Below are positions 10,301 to 22,639 of a DNA stretch of 64,000 nucleotides, piece by piece. The stretch lies in assembly GCA_030390025.1 (NCBI GenBank), contig CM059431.1:137642001-137706000 (forward strand). The letters are read 5' to 3'. Both the position numbers and the translations under genes were made by a program. The notes under the pieces are model-generated. The model did not search any database, had not been told where the DNA came from, and was given only the letters and a program-made list of their open reading frames with translations. This stretch comes from Squalus acanthias. Lineage: Eukaryota. The stretch's first letter is position 1, and the number at the start of each line of letters is the position of its first letter.

Positions 10301-13300
10301 TCCTCGGCTTCACTTCTTCCTGTTTGATTGTCCTCATCAAACATGGCCGCACAGCCAGGAAGGGACATTATCAAAAATAGACATTCCCAGGCTGCACATC
10401 TTTCAAAATAAATGTGTGTGTGTGTGTGAGTGTGAGTTTCTGCAATGTGCAGGGTCTGTGTGAGTGTGTCTGTATGTGTGTGGGTTCCTGTGTTTCTGCA
10501 AATTGCAGTCTGTGCGAGTGTGTCTGTATTTGACTGGGTGTCTGTGTGTCTGCAAATTGCAGAGACTGTGTGAGTCTGTGTGACGATGACCTTTTGTCGG
10601 GACCTTGCCAGAATCTGATGAAAGTTCATTGAGCTGAAACATTAACTCTGTTTCTCTCTCTCTCTCCACAGTTGCTGCTTCAATTACTGAGTATTTCCAG
10701 CATTTTCTGTTTTTATTTCAGATTTCCCGCATCTGCAGTATTTCGCTTTTGTTTTAGAATAGAGAGCCTGTTTCTGTAGGCCGCAAAATGAATAGATAAG
10801 ATACTGAAAAATGTCTTTTTGCTTTTAAACTGCCAAACAGCAGAGCAATGTGAGAAATCAGCTTTCTTTCATTTCTGACAGTGTTGCGTGGCAATTTTGC
10901 AGGCTGGCCTGTGTATGTGTTTGAGAGTCAGAAAGACAGAGAGACAGACAGCAAAAGCTGGTGTGTATGCAGGGCTTGTCTGAGTTCAAGTTATCTGCTG
11001 TGTGCATTGGTATAGCATCTCATGTCTGAAAAAACAGAAAGTATACACCATTAGATCAGACTGATTTCATTCCAGACTGCAAAACTGTGGGATCTTACTT
11101 TGCCTTTCTTTCAAGACTGGAAAATTTTCAAGCGACATATTACATCAAGCCATTTGATTTTTTCTGGACTGGATATTATCGGGGAATGTTTGTGGGGAGC
11201 TTTAAGAGCAAAAGCTGCTATGGGATCTTTCCATTCATTTTATTGCACTCCACTCAAATCACAGACAGACAGACATTTCGTTAACAAAAGTAAATATATA
11301 TATTATTATTTATTCCTGATTGTATTTTCTACTTTTCACCCTCCTGGGCTTTAATTTCCTCTCGGGGACGTGGATTTCTGGGGCTTCGGCGTCACTTCTT
11401 CCTGTTTGATTGTGCTCATCAAACATGGCCGCACAGCCAGGAAGGGACATCATCAAAAATTGGCACTCCCAGGCTGCACCCCTTTCAAAATGGATGTGTG
11501 AGTGTGAGTTTCTGCAAATTTCAGAGTCTATGTGAGTGTGTCTGTATGTGAGTGGGTGTCTGTGTTCCTGCAAATTGCAGGGTCTGTGTGAATCTGTGTG
11601 AAATGTAACTGTGAATTTTAGTTCAATGTGTGTGGGAGGGAGACTGTGTCAGTAAGAGGCTGACTGTCTGTCTCTCTTCTTCCTGTTTGATTGCCCTCAT
11701 CAAACATGGCTGCACAGCCAGGAAGGGACATTATCAAAAATTGACACTCCCAGGTTGCACCCCTTTCAATTGGATATGTATGTGTGAGTGTGAGCTTTTG
11801 CAGATTGCAGGGTCTGCGTGAGTGTGTCTGTATGTCCGTGAGTGTCTGTGTTTCTGAAAATTGCAGAGTCTTTGAGAGTGTGAGTGTCATGTCCCTGTAA
11901 ATTTTATTTCAATGTGGATTGGAGGGAGACTGTGTGAGTGACAGACAGACAGACAGTCAGTCAGTGAGAGAGCAATACATGAAATCAAAAGGCAAGATGC
12001 TGAATAGAAAGTCTGTTTTTGTAGGACATAAAGTGAAAAGATAAGGTACTGAAAAGTGTATTTTTGGTTTTAATTTTCCAACAGGGCAGTCATCCCTCTG
12101 CAGGCTGGCCAGGGTGTGTGAGTGTGTGTGAGTGAGAGAGAGGGGGCAAAAGCTGGTGTTTGTGTGAGATATGGTCTGCTGTCTTATTACCTGCTGTTGT
12201 TGTATTAAAACCTACTGATTCATTCTTGCCTGGTCCAGATGTAATACTGCCGTGTGTCACTTTATTGCACTTTATTTCACTTCACTTCAAGACAGACAGT
12301 CAGTCAGTGAGATACTGAAAAATTTATTTGTGGACTGTCTGACAGTAAAATCTGCCCTGGGATCTTTGCATTCTTTTTATTCCACTCCACTGAAATCAAG
12401 ACAAGGCAGGCAGGCAAGCAATGAGAGAGACACAACATGCAGAATAGAAATAAAAACAGAAAATGCTGGAAATACTCAGTAGGTTAGGCAGCATCTGTGG
12501 AGAGAGAGAAACTGAGTTAACGTTTCAGCTCTATGACCTTTCCTCAGAACCTTGCTAGAATCTGACGAAAGGTCATCGAGTTGAAACGTTGACTCTGTTT
12601 CTCTCTCCACAGATGCTGCCTGACCGGCTGAGTATTTCCAACAGTTTATGTTTTAATTTCAGATTTCCAGCACGCGCAGTATTTTGCTTTTGATGCAGTA
12701 GAGAAAGCCTGCATCTGTAGGCTGCAAAATGAAAAGATAAGATACTGAAAAGTGTGTTTTTGCTTTTAAACTGCCAAACACAGCAGAGCAATAAGAGAAA
12801 ACAACTTTCTTTCACTGCTAACCGTATTTTGTGGCAATATTGCAGGCTGGCCTGTGTGTGTGTGTGAGTGCGTGAGAGAGAGAGTGAGAGAGAGAGAGAC
12901 AGCAAAAGCTGAAGTGTATGCAGGGCTTGTCTGTGTTCAAGTTATCTGCCGTGTGCATTGGTACTGCATCTCATGTCTGAAAAAAACAAAAAGTATATAC
13001 AATTAGATCATACTGATTTCATTCCAGACTGCACTGATGTGGGATCTTACTTTGCCTTTCTTTCAATGCTACATATTTACATCAAGCCATTTAATTATTT
13101 TTCTGGACTGGACTTTATCAGGGAATGTTTGTCGGGTGTTTCAGAGCATATCCTGATGTGCGACCTTACTCGCCCTTTAATTCCCTACCCAGAGCAAAAG
13201 CTGCTGTGGGATCTTTCCATTCATTTTATTCCACTCCACGCAAATCACAGACAGGCAGACATTTCCTTTACAGAAGTAAAGCATATATATTATTATGATT

Positions 13301-13340
13301 ACTTATTCTTGATAGCATTTACTTCTTTTCACCCTCCCTG
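7349..13340. repeat. Diverged tandem duplication of a ~1.8-kb composite unit (about 4 complete or partial copies)
   Basis: Unit start (GGGATCTTTGCATTCTTT) recurs near 7368, 9178 and 12359. The block CTCATCAAACA(C/T)GGC..CAGCCAGGAAGGGACAT recurs near 8575, 10334, 11415 and 11696. Each unit has an inverted PLE-pLTR pair and (TG)n/(AG)n tracts. Confidence 0.85.
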
Positions 13341-13699
13341 GCTGCCCATCTCCTGAGGCAGCGATCACCCTCTACATGCCTGTTCAACCCCCTCCAATCC
13401 CCCAGACCACTCCTTGTGGACCTGAGCTCCACACTCACGCACTCACTCACACAGGCGCCGAGCTGGCGAGCTGCAGCCGCCATTCCTTCCTTCCTGCACC
13501 ATGTGCTGCCTGCCTGGGTGTGTCTGTGAGCAGCAGCACAGCCTGTGAGCGCCTCCAGACAATGGTCATTCACAGGAGCCGGGCGGGGCCCCGCCCTGCA
13601 ACGTAAGCTGCGAGCCCATTTAAAGTGACGGTCCATTGCAAAGTGATATTTCATTACAAAGGACCATCATATTCCAAAGTGCTATTCCATTGCAAAGGA

Positions 13700-16030
13700 C
13701 GATTATACAATCATAAAAATTTGCGGCTCAGAAGGAGGCCATTTGGCCCGTCGAGCCCGTGCCGGCTCTCTGCAAGAACACTTCAGCTGGTGCCAGTCCC
13801 CCGCCCTTCCCAGTATCCCTGATTTTTTTTCCCTTCAGGTACATATCCAATTCTCTTTTCACAGCCACGATTGAATCTGCCTCTGCCACCCTTTCAGGCA
13901 GTGCATTCCCGATCCTAACCACTCGCAGCATAAAAAAGTTTTCCCTCATGTCGCCTTTGGTTCTTCTGCCAATCACCTTAAGTCTATGTCCTCTGGATCT
14001 CGACCTTTCCACCAATGGGTACAGTTTATCTGTATCTGCTCTGTCTGGACCCCGCATGATTTTGAACACACCTATCAAATTTCCTCTCAACCTTCTCTGC
14101 TCTAAGGAGAAGTACCCCAGCTTCTCCAGTCTATCCACATAACTGAAGTCCCTCATCCCTGGAACCATTCTTCTAAATCTTTGCTGAACCCTCTCGAAGG
14201 CCTTCACATCCTTCCTAAAGTGTGGTGCCAGGAATTGGACACAATACTCCAGTTGAGGTCGGACCAGTGTTTTATACAGGTTCATCATTACTTCCTTGCT
14301 TTTGTACTCTATGCCTCTATTTAGGAAGCCCAGGATCCCGTTGGCTTTTTTAACCACTTTCTCAACCTGCCCTGCCACCTTCAACAATTTGTGCACATAT
14401 ACCCTCATGTCTCTCTGTTACTGCACCCCCTTTAGAATTGTACCCTTTAGTTTATATTGCCTCTCCTCATTCTTCCTACCTCACTGTTCACTATACTTCC
14501 AAGTTTTGTGTCATCTGCACATTTTGAAATTGTGCCCTGTACACCCAAGTCCAAGTCATTAATATATATCTAGTAAAGCAGTGGTCTTGGTACTGAGCCC
14601 TGGGGAACACCACTCGATATCTTCCTCCAGTCCAAAAAGCAACCGTTCACCACTACTCTCTGTTTCATGTCACTTAGCCAATTTCGTATCCATGCTGCCA
14701 CTGTCCCTTTTATTCCATGGCCATTAACTTTGCTGGCAATCCTATTTCGTGACACGTTAACAAATCGCTTTTTGAAGTCCATGTACACCACATAAACTGC
14801 ATTGCCCTCATCAACTCTCTCTGTTACCTCATCAAAAAACTCAAGCAAGTTAGCTGAACACCATTTGCTCTTAACAAATCCGTGCTGGTTTTCCGTAATT
14901 AATTCACACTTGTCCAACTGACTGTTAATTTTGTCCCGGATTATCGTTTCTAAAAGCTTCCCCTCTACGGAGATTGATCTGACTGGCCTATAGTTGCTGG
15001 GTTTATCCTTACACCCTTTTTTGAACAAGGGTGTAACAATTGCAATTCTCCAGTTCTCTGGCACCACAGAGGATTGGAAGATTATGGCCACTACCTCCGC
15101 AATTTCCACCTTTACTTCCCTCAGCATCCTAGGATGCATCCCAAACGCTCCTGGTGACTTATCTACTTTAAGTACAGCCAGCCGTTCTGGTACCTACTCT
15201 TTCGAAATTTTTATCCCATCCAGTATCACCTCTTTCTCAATGACTTTGGCAGCATCTTCTTCCTTGGTAAAGACAGATGCAAAGTATTCATTTAGTACCT
15301 CAGCCACGCTCTCTGCCTCCATGTCTAGGTGGCCTTTTTGGTCCCTAATCGGCCCCACCTCTCCTCTTACTACCTGTTTATTATTGGTATGCCTATAGAA
15401 GACTTTTAGACTCCATTTTATGTTAGCTGCCAGTGTATTCTCTAACTCTCTCTTTTCCCCTCTTCATCCCTTTTTCACTTCCCCTCTGAACTTTCTATAT
15501 TCAACCTGGTTCTCACTTCTATACTCAACTAGACATCTGTCATACGCCCCCTTTTTCTGCTTCATGTTCCTTTCTATCTCTTTCGTCATCCAGGGAGCTC
15601 TGGCTTTTGTTGCCCTACCTTTTCCCCTCGTGGGAATGTACCTCGACTGTACCCAAACCATCTCTTCTTTAAAGGCAGCCCATTGTTCGATTATAGTTTT
15701 GCCTGCAAATCTTTGATTCTAACACACCCAGGCCAGATCCGTTCTCAACTCACTGAAACTGGCCTTCCACCACTTAATATTTCACTCTAGATTGTTCCTT
15801 GTCCTTTTCCATAGCTAATCTAAACCTTATGATTCTATGATCATTGTTCCCTAAATGTTCCCCTACTGACACTTGCTCCACTTAACCCATCTCATTCCCC
15901 AGCGCCAGATCAAGCAATGCCTCCTTCCTTGTTGGGCCGGAAACATATTGATCAATAAAGTTCTCCTGAACACACTTCAGAAATTCATCCCCCTCTCTGA
16001 CCTTTACACAATTACTATCCCAGTCTATAT
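13700..16030 (-). mobile_element. Decayed CR1 LINE (ORF2 with frameshifts)
   Basis: ORFs 13728-14408, 14570-15139 and 15464-15661 give RT motifs ([34 protein letters not shown]). Confidence 0.9.
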
Positions 16031-16049
16031 TAGGATATTTGAAGTCCCC

Positions 16050-16545
16050 TATTTCTGTCCCCTACTTCTAATTAAAACGTTAATGTTCCCCTTTCTTACC
16101 CTGTTCTCGGTTTCCAATTAAACACTTACTGTGTTCCACTAAATCCCCCAGTCCTCTATTTTTATTTAAAGTGTTGTTGTGTTCCCCATACTCGTCCTGT
16201 CCGCTATATCTAATTAAACAGTTACCGTGTTCCTCATTCTTCCCCCGTTCTCTTTTTCTAATTAAACAGTTACTTTGTTCCACTAACTTCCCCTGTTCTC
16301 TGTTTCTAATTAAATAGTTACCGTGTTCCCCATTCTTCCCCTGTCCTCTGTTTCTAATTAAACAGTTACCGTGTTCTCCTTACTTCCCCTGTTCTCTATT
16401 TCTATTTAAACAGTCACTGTGTTCCCCTAAATTTCCCAGTCCTCTGTTTCTATTTAAACAGTTACTGTTTCCCCTAAATTCCTCTGTACTATATTTCTAA
16501 TTGAAAAGTGACTGTATTCTCCTCAATTTCCCATGTTTCACTATT
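16050..16545. repeat. ~48-bp degenerate minisatellite, about 10 copies
   Basis: Unit like CCGTGTTCCCCATTCTTCCCCTGTCCTCTGTTTCTAATTAAACAGTTA; period 48 (16321 vs 16369). Confidence 0.85.
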
Positions 16546-16549
16546 TCCA

Positions 16550-18065
16550 GTAATGCCATCTCCGAGCTCATCTTGTCCATGAGACCCAGCTCCTACTCTC
16601 TCGACCATCTTCCCACTAAATTGCTGACCATCCCCTTCCCTCCCTAGCCCCCATGCTGGCTGATATTGTGAACGGTTCCCTCTGTTCCGGTACTGTTCCG
16701 CACCCTTCCAAATCTGTCGTCATCAACCCTCCTAACAAATCCACACTGACCCCTCTATCTTAGCAAACTACGACTCATCTCCAACCTCCTATTCCTCTCC
16801 AAAGTCCTTGAACATGTTGCCCTCTCCCAAACTCGTGCCCATTACTCCTGCAACTCCACGTTTGAAACTCTCCAATCTGGTTCCCGTCTCTGCCATAGCA
16901 CTGAAATGGCCCTTATCAAAGTCACAAATGATATCCTAGATGTGACCGTGGCACACTATCCCTCCTCATTCTTCCCCTTGTGACATGGTTGACCACACCA
17001 TCCTCCTCCAATCCAGTCCTCCATTATTGAGCTGTGTTGGACCGCCCTCGCCTGTTTCCATTGTTACCCCCGCAGTCAGGACCAGAGAATATGCTGCAAT
17101 GCCTTCTCTTCCCGATCCCGCACCATTACCTCTGGAGTCCCCCAGGGAACTATCATCGCCCCCCTCCTATTGTTCATTTACATGCTGCCCTTGGCAACAT
17201 CATTCGAAAACACAATGTCAGATTCCACATATAAGCTGATGCCACACAACTCTACCTCACCGCCACCTCTCTCAACCAGTGTGTTGTCAAACCGCGTGTC
17301 TGATATCCAGTCCTGGATGCACCTGGATGTCCTCCAATTAAACATTGTGCAGACTGTAGCCATTGCCGATGTTCCCCGCACAAACTCCATTCACTAGCCG
17401 CTGATTCCATCCCACTCCCTTGTCCAGTGTCTCAGCTTGAACCGGACTGTTGTCCACCTCACTGTTCTGTTTGACCCTGAGCTGAGTTTCTGACCCCAGA
17501 TCCTTCCATCACAAAGACTGCGTCACATCGATCAGCTCCGCTCCATATGACACAAAATCCTCATCCGTAACTGCGTCACCTCCAGATTGTCTAAGCCAAT
17601 GCTCTCCTGAAATGCCTCACATCTTCCGCTCTCTATAAACATGAGCTCATCCAAAACTCTGCTGCCAGTAACCTAACTCGCACTAACTCCGAATCACACA
17701 TCAGCCCGCTGATCTACACTGGCTCCCGGTCCAAAAGCGTCTCGATTTGAAAATCCTCCATCATTGCCACTCCCCTCCCTATCTCTGTAAACTTCCCCAG
17801 CTCTACAAGTCCTATAATGTGCAGTTACTGCTTTACAAGAGCAGAGGAGGCGAGTTTCGCTTTTTAATGTCTCCGAGAAAGCTGCGTTGCTCCTACTTCG
17901 GCCTTTTGTGCATCATCCACATTCCTCGGCCCTCCATTGGTGGCCGTGCCTTCAGCTGTCTAGTCCTTAAACTCTGGCATTACCTCCCTAAAGCTCTCCA
18001 CCTCTCTCCTCCTTTAAGACGCTCCTTAAAACCTAATGGTTTGACCACGGTTTGCTCATCTGTCC
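16550..18065 (+). mobile_element. Old L2-clade LINE, RT region to 3' end, heavily degenerate
   Basis: Manual translation gives LQSGSRLCHSTEMALIKVTNDIL, VDHTILL, SGVP.G..., IQSWM..., LHWLPV, all L2-type RT remnants. Confidence 0.8.
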
Positions 18066-18454
18066 TAAATTGTGGCCTGGATTTTGCAGTCATCAGTGAA
18101 CTATAGGCGCTCACCGTTCATTACACTTCTTCTTGGCCACAGATTTTCTCTGGGCTTTTGCTCTGGAAGTTGCGATGACGTGAAATCCAGAACAGCGCGG
18201 CGCCCTCTACAGGGGATCTGTGACCCGCGTGAACAGGTCAAGCAACTGTGCATCTCCTCAACCAATCAGATTAAAGAATTCTTACTGAGGCTCTCAGCGT
18301 CTGGACCAGGAAGTGTAAATTAGAATAGTTAATGCAGTGACAAATCATGTGCAGAAAGCGAAATAAAGAGAGAGTGAGAGATACACGAGACAAAAGAAAA
18401 AGTTAACAAATAACTTTATTTATTTTTTTAATCTTCACCAACAATTATTATTTT

Positions 18455-19632
18455 CTCCATTCTTGTGATGTGGGCCTCGCTGGCAAGGCCAGCATTTAAT
18501 TCCTATTCGTAATGGCCCTTGAGAAGGTGTTGGTGAGTCACCTTCTTGAACCGCTGCCGTCTGTGTGGTGAAGGTACTCCCACAGTGCTGTTAGGACGTG
18601 AGTTCCAGGATTTAGTCCCAGCAACGATGAAGGAACGGTGATATATTACCAAGTGAGGATCATATGTGACTTGGAGGGGGACTTGCAGGTGTTGGTATTC
18701 CTATGCGCCTGCTGACCTTGTCCTTCTAGGTGGTAGATGTCGCAGGTTTAGGAGGTGCTGTCGAAGAAGTCTTGGCAAGTTGCTGCAGTGCATCTTGTAG
18801 ATGGTACACGCTGCAGGAGCGCCGGTGTTGCAGGGAGTGAACGTTTAAGGTGGTGGATGGTGTGCCAATCAAGCGGGCTGATTTGTCCTCGACGGTGTCA
18901 AGCTTCTTGAGTGTTGTTGGAGCGCCACCCGTCCCGGCAAGTGAGAGTATTCCATCGCACTCCTTACTTGTGGCTTGTAGATGGTGAAAAGGTTTTGGGG
19001 AGTCAGGAGGTGAGTCACATGCCGCAGAATACCCAGCCTCTGACCTGCTCTTGTTGCCACAGTATTTATGTGGCTGGTCCAGTTTATTTTCTGGTCAATG
19101 GTGACCCCCAGGATGTAGACGGTCAGGGATTCGGTGATGGTAATCACGTTGAATTATAAGATACGGTTGTTAGACTCTCGCTTGTTGGAGGTAGCCATTG
19201 CATGGCACTTGTGTGGCGCGAATATTAATTGCCACTTATCAGCCCAACCCTGAATGTTGTCCAGGTCTTGCTGCATGTGGGCATGAACTGCTTCATTATC
19301 TGAAGATTTGCAAATGGAACTGAACACTGTGCAGTCATCAGTGATCATTCCCACTTGTGACGTTATGATGGAGGGAAGATCATTGATGCAGCAGCTGAAG
19401 ATGTTTGGTCCTAGGACACTGCCCTGAGGATCTCCTGCAGCGCTGTCCTGGGGCTGAAATGATTGGCCTCCAGCAGCCACAACCATCTTCCTTTGTGCTC
19501 GGTATGACTCCAGCAAGTGGAGAGTTTTACCCCTGATTACCATCGACTTCAATTTTACTAGTGCCCCTTGATGCCACACTCGGTCAAATGCTGCCTTGAT
19601 GTCAAGGGCAGTCACTCTCACCTCACCTCTGA
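18455..19632 (-). mobile_element. Non-LTR retrotransposon RT 3' half (second CR1/L2-superclade family)
   Basis: ORFs 19154-19621 (ALDIKAAFDRVWHQG...PQGSVLGP...DD) and 18869-19147 (LGVTIDQKINWTSHI...YKPQVRSAMEY). Confidence 0.85.
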
Positions 19633-19639
19633 AAAACCG

Positions 19640-20485
19640 AAATTTGCCGAAGGAATTTCAAAATTTCTACCACCCTTTGCACGTCGAATTGTTTCCTACC
19701 TTCACTCCTGGCTCTAATTTTTGTGGCTTTGTCCCCTAGTCCTAGACTTCCCAACCATCGGAAATTATTTCTTTATATCTCCCCTATTAGTTTACCTTAA
19801 TATCTCCAAAGCTAATACAACCTTCCTCAGGTGTCCAGAACTGAACCCAGTCCTCCAGCTGTGGTCTAACGAGGGCTTTGTATCGCTGGAGCATCAGTAG
19901 CACACCCCTATATTGTAGTCCTCTAGATATAAACCCCAGCTCTCCATTAGCCTTTTTCATTGTTTACCTGCCCATGATATTTTAATGATTCTTTTATTTA
20001 TTGGACGTGTGGACGCTGCCAGCATGCAGCCCTAAGTCTCTTCGGACCTCCACATTTCACCATTTAGAACGTATTCTGTTCTATCCTTTATGGGTCCTAA
20101 GTGGATGACCTCACACTTGCCAATACTTAAATCCAGTTTCCACAATTTTGCCCATTCACTTAATCTATTAATATCTCTATGTAATTTAATGCTTCCATCT
20201 ACACTGCTTACAATGCCGCCTATCTGTTTCATCATCCAACTTGGATATGTGGCTCTCAATCTCATCATCTAATCGTTAATAAATACGGTGAATAGGTAAG
20301 TCCCCAACACAGAACCATCGGGACACCACCAGTCATATCCTGTCAACTGAAGTACCTGCCCATTATCCATACACTCTCTATCCTGTCACTCAACCAGTTT
20401 CCTAAACAGGACAATAATTTGCCTTCAATTTCACGAGCAACAACTTTAGCTAACTTTCTCTTATGCGGGAACTAATCGAGCGCAT
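19640..20485 (-). mobile_element. Very decayed CR1 fragment
   Basis: ORF 20032-20268 (DINRLSEWAKLW...KCEVIHLG) and flanking CR1-like sequence. Confidence 0.7.
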
Positions 20486-20595
20486 CTTTGCCCATGTATA
20501 CTTGTTTTTAATGATTTGTGAACTGGGACTCACAAACCTCTTTGCTCCTCAAGTTAATAGCTTCCCATCATTTAGAAAATACTCCGAGTTATCTT

Positions 20596-21233
20596 AAATA
20601 ACAACAGAAAACGCTGGAAAAGCTCAGCAGGCGAGGCAGCATCCGTGGAGAGAGAAACAGAGTTAACGTTTCAGGTCGATGACCTTTCGTCAGAACTGGA
20701 AAGTGCTGGAAATCAAATAGATTTAAGGCAAGGATGAGGCTGGGAAAAGGGGGAGGGGATGAAAGAACAAAAGGGGAGATTAAGAGACATTAAGAGACAT
20801 TAAGAGATATACAAGGCAAGAGGTGGTGTTAATGTGACAGGTTAAGGCTGAAAGAAGTGTGAAATCCACTGGCAGAACGAAGGACAGCTGCCAGCTTCTA
20901 GAAAGGAAAAAAAAGGGGGGGGGGCAAATAAAAGGGTGGATGAAAAAATAAAATATAAATGTGATAGGGGCTGAGATTATGATCTAAAATTGTTGAACTC
21001 GATATTGAGTCCAGAGGGCTGTAGCGTGCCTAAACGAAAGATGAGGTGCTGTTCCTCGAGCTTACGCTGCGCTTCCGTGGAACAGTGTAATAGGCCGAGG
21101 ACAGTGAGGTCAGAGTGGGAGTGAAGCGGTGAATTAAAGTGACAGGCAACCGGGAGCTCGGGGTCCCCCTTACGGACTGAACGGAGGTGTTCCGCAAAGC
21201 GGTCACCCAATCTGCGTTTGGTTCTCCCCAATG
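20596..21233 (-). mobile_element. 5'-truncated Penelope-like element: GIY-YIG endonuclease C-terminus, 3' UTR and pLTR with hammerhead motif
   Basis: ORF 20977-21312 ends GRTKRRLGDRFAEHLRSV...PVACHFN..H...LEEQHLIFRLGTLQPSGLNIEF. 13-bp TSD TCCGAGTTATCTT at 20583-20595 and 21234-21246. Confidence 0.9.
20661..20697 (-). ncRNA. Minimal hammerhead ribozyme motif in a PLE pLTR
   Basis: Minus strand reads AGUU CUGACGA A AGGUC AUC GACCU GAAAC GUU AACU: core CUGANGA/GAAA, 5-bp stem II, palindromic AACGUU stem III, stem I AGUU/AACU. Confidence 0.75.
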
Positions 21234-22523
21234 TCCGAGTTATCTTCCTTGGTTCCAAAGTGGATGATCTTTTGTACAATGAACTCGATTTACCATAATT
21301 TTGAACACTCACTTCATCTGTCTCTGTCGCTTATTATTACAGTGCCTCCGAACTTAGTGCGAACTTGGAGCTGCCGCACTCTGTTGCTCCTTTGAAGTCA
21401 TTAATAAATATGGTGAAAAGATGACGATCCAATACAGATATCTGGGGAACCGCACTTCTCACATCTGACGCTGCTGCTAAAGAGCGTGTCGCTTGTGGGA
21501 GGCAGACTATTTCTGAAGTGAAGCCTGTGGGAGGCAGTCAGTCTGGGTGTGTGAGAGAAATGCGCTGTACAGGCGGGATTACTGGAGAAGAAAATGCACA
21601 TTGTAGACGGTGTATTGATGCACGTCAGCCAGTGAAGGTCGCTGTCTGAACTTTAGCAAAACTGATTGATACAATTCGAAACTTTGCATGGAAGCCGGAT
21701 TTTGTTTCTCAGTCTTGAAACCACCATTTGTCCGAAAATCCACAGCCTCTTTGAGAACAGGGTTCCAGATTTCTAATACAAAAGTAAAATACTGCGGTTG
21801 CTGGAAATCTGAAATACAAACAGAAAACACTGGAAATACTCAGCAGGTCAGGCAGTATCTGAATGCAGTTATTCTGATGGCACTGAACAAGGGTCCATAC
21901 AACTGACGCATAACCTCCTCCTCCATGTCCAGCCCCCTTGAGATAAAGGGCAGGATTACATAAGACTTTTGACTGATTTCTGTACATGTCTACTAGTGTT
22001 TAATGATTTGTGAACTGGGACTCACACACGTCTTTTCTGCTCAATCATTTAGAAAATAAATTGATTATCTTACTTGTTTCCGAATTGGATGAGGTCACAT
22101 TTGCGCACAATGAATTCAAATTGTCTTATTTTGCCCACTCACTTCATCTGTCTCTGTCCGTTTGCTTAAGTCCCGCTCCCATTTGCACTACTACCGTGCT
22201 TCCTAATTAATGCGATCTTAAAACATGGATCTATAACACTCTGTTGCTCCGTCAAAGTCAATAATAAACATGGTGAAAAGTTGAAGATACAATACAGATA
22301 TCTGGGGAACAGCGCTTCTCACATCTAACGCTGCTGCTAAAGAGCGCGTCGCTTGTGGGAGGGAGAATACTCCTCAAGTGAAGCCTGTGTGAGGCAGTCA
22401 GTCTGGGTGTGTGAGAGAAATGCGCTGTACAGAGTGCATCACTGGAGAAGCAAATGGAAAATATAGAGGGTGTAATGATACATGTCAGCCAGTGAAGGTC
22501 GCTTTGTGAGCCTGAGATCCGGA

Positions 22524-22597
22524 GCGTGGATTGCTCAGTCAGTAGAGCATCAGACTTTATAATCTGAAGGTTCAGGGTTCAAGTCCCTAGGCAGGTG
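22524..22597 (+). pseudogene. tRNA-Lys(UUU)-derived pseudogene
   Basis: GCGTGGATTGCTCAGTCAGTAGAGCATCAGACTTTATAATCTGAAGGTTCAGGGTTCAAGTCCCTAGGCAGGTG is close to vertebrate tRNA-Lys-TTT, but has an 8-nt anticodon loop and a broken acceptor stem. Confidence 0.85.
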
Positions 22598-22639
22598 TTC
22601 ATTTATATCACGATTCTAATCTGCAGGTTCGTGCAGTGA

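Noticed and set aside
22524..22597. Functional tRNA-Lys or frameshift-suppressor tRNA with an 8-nt anticodon loop
   Set aside because: The acceptor stem does not pair and the D-loop GG is mutated; decay explains the extra base better.
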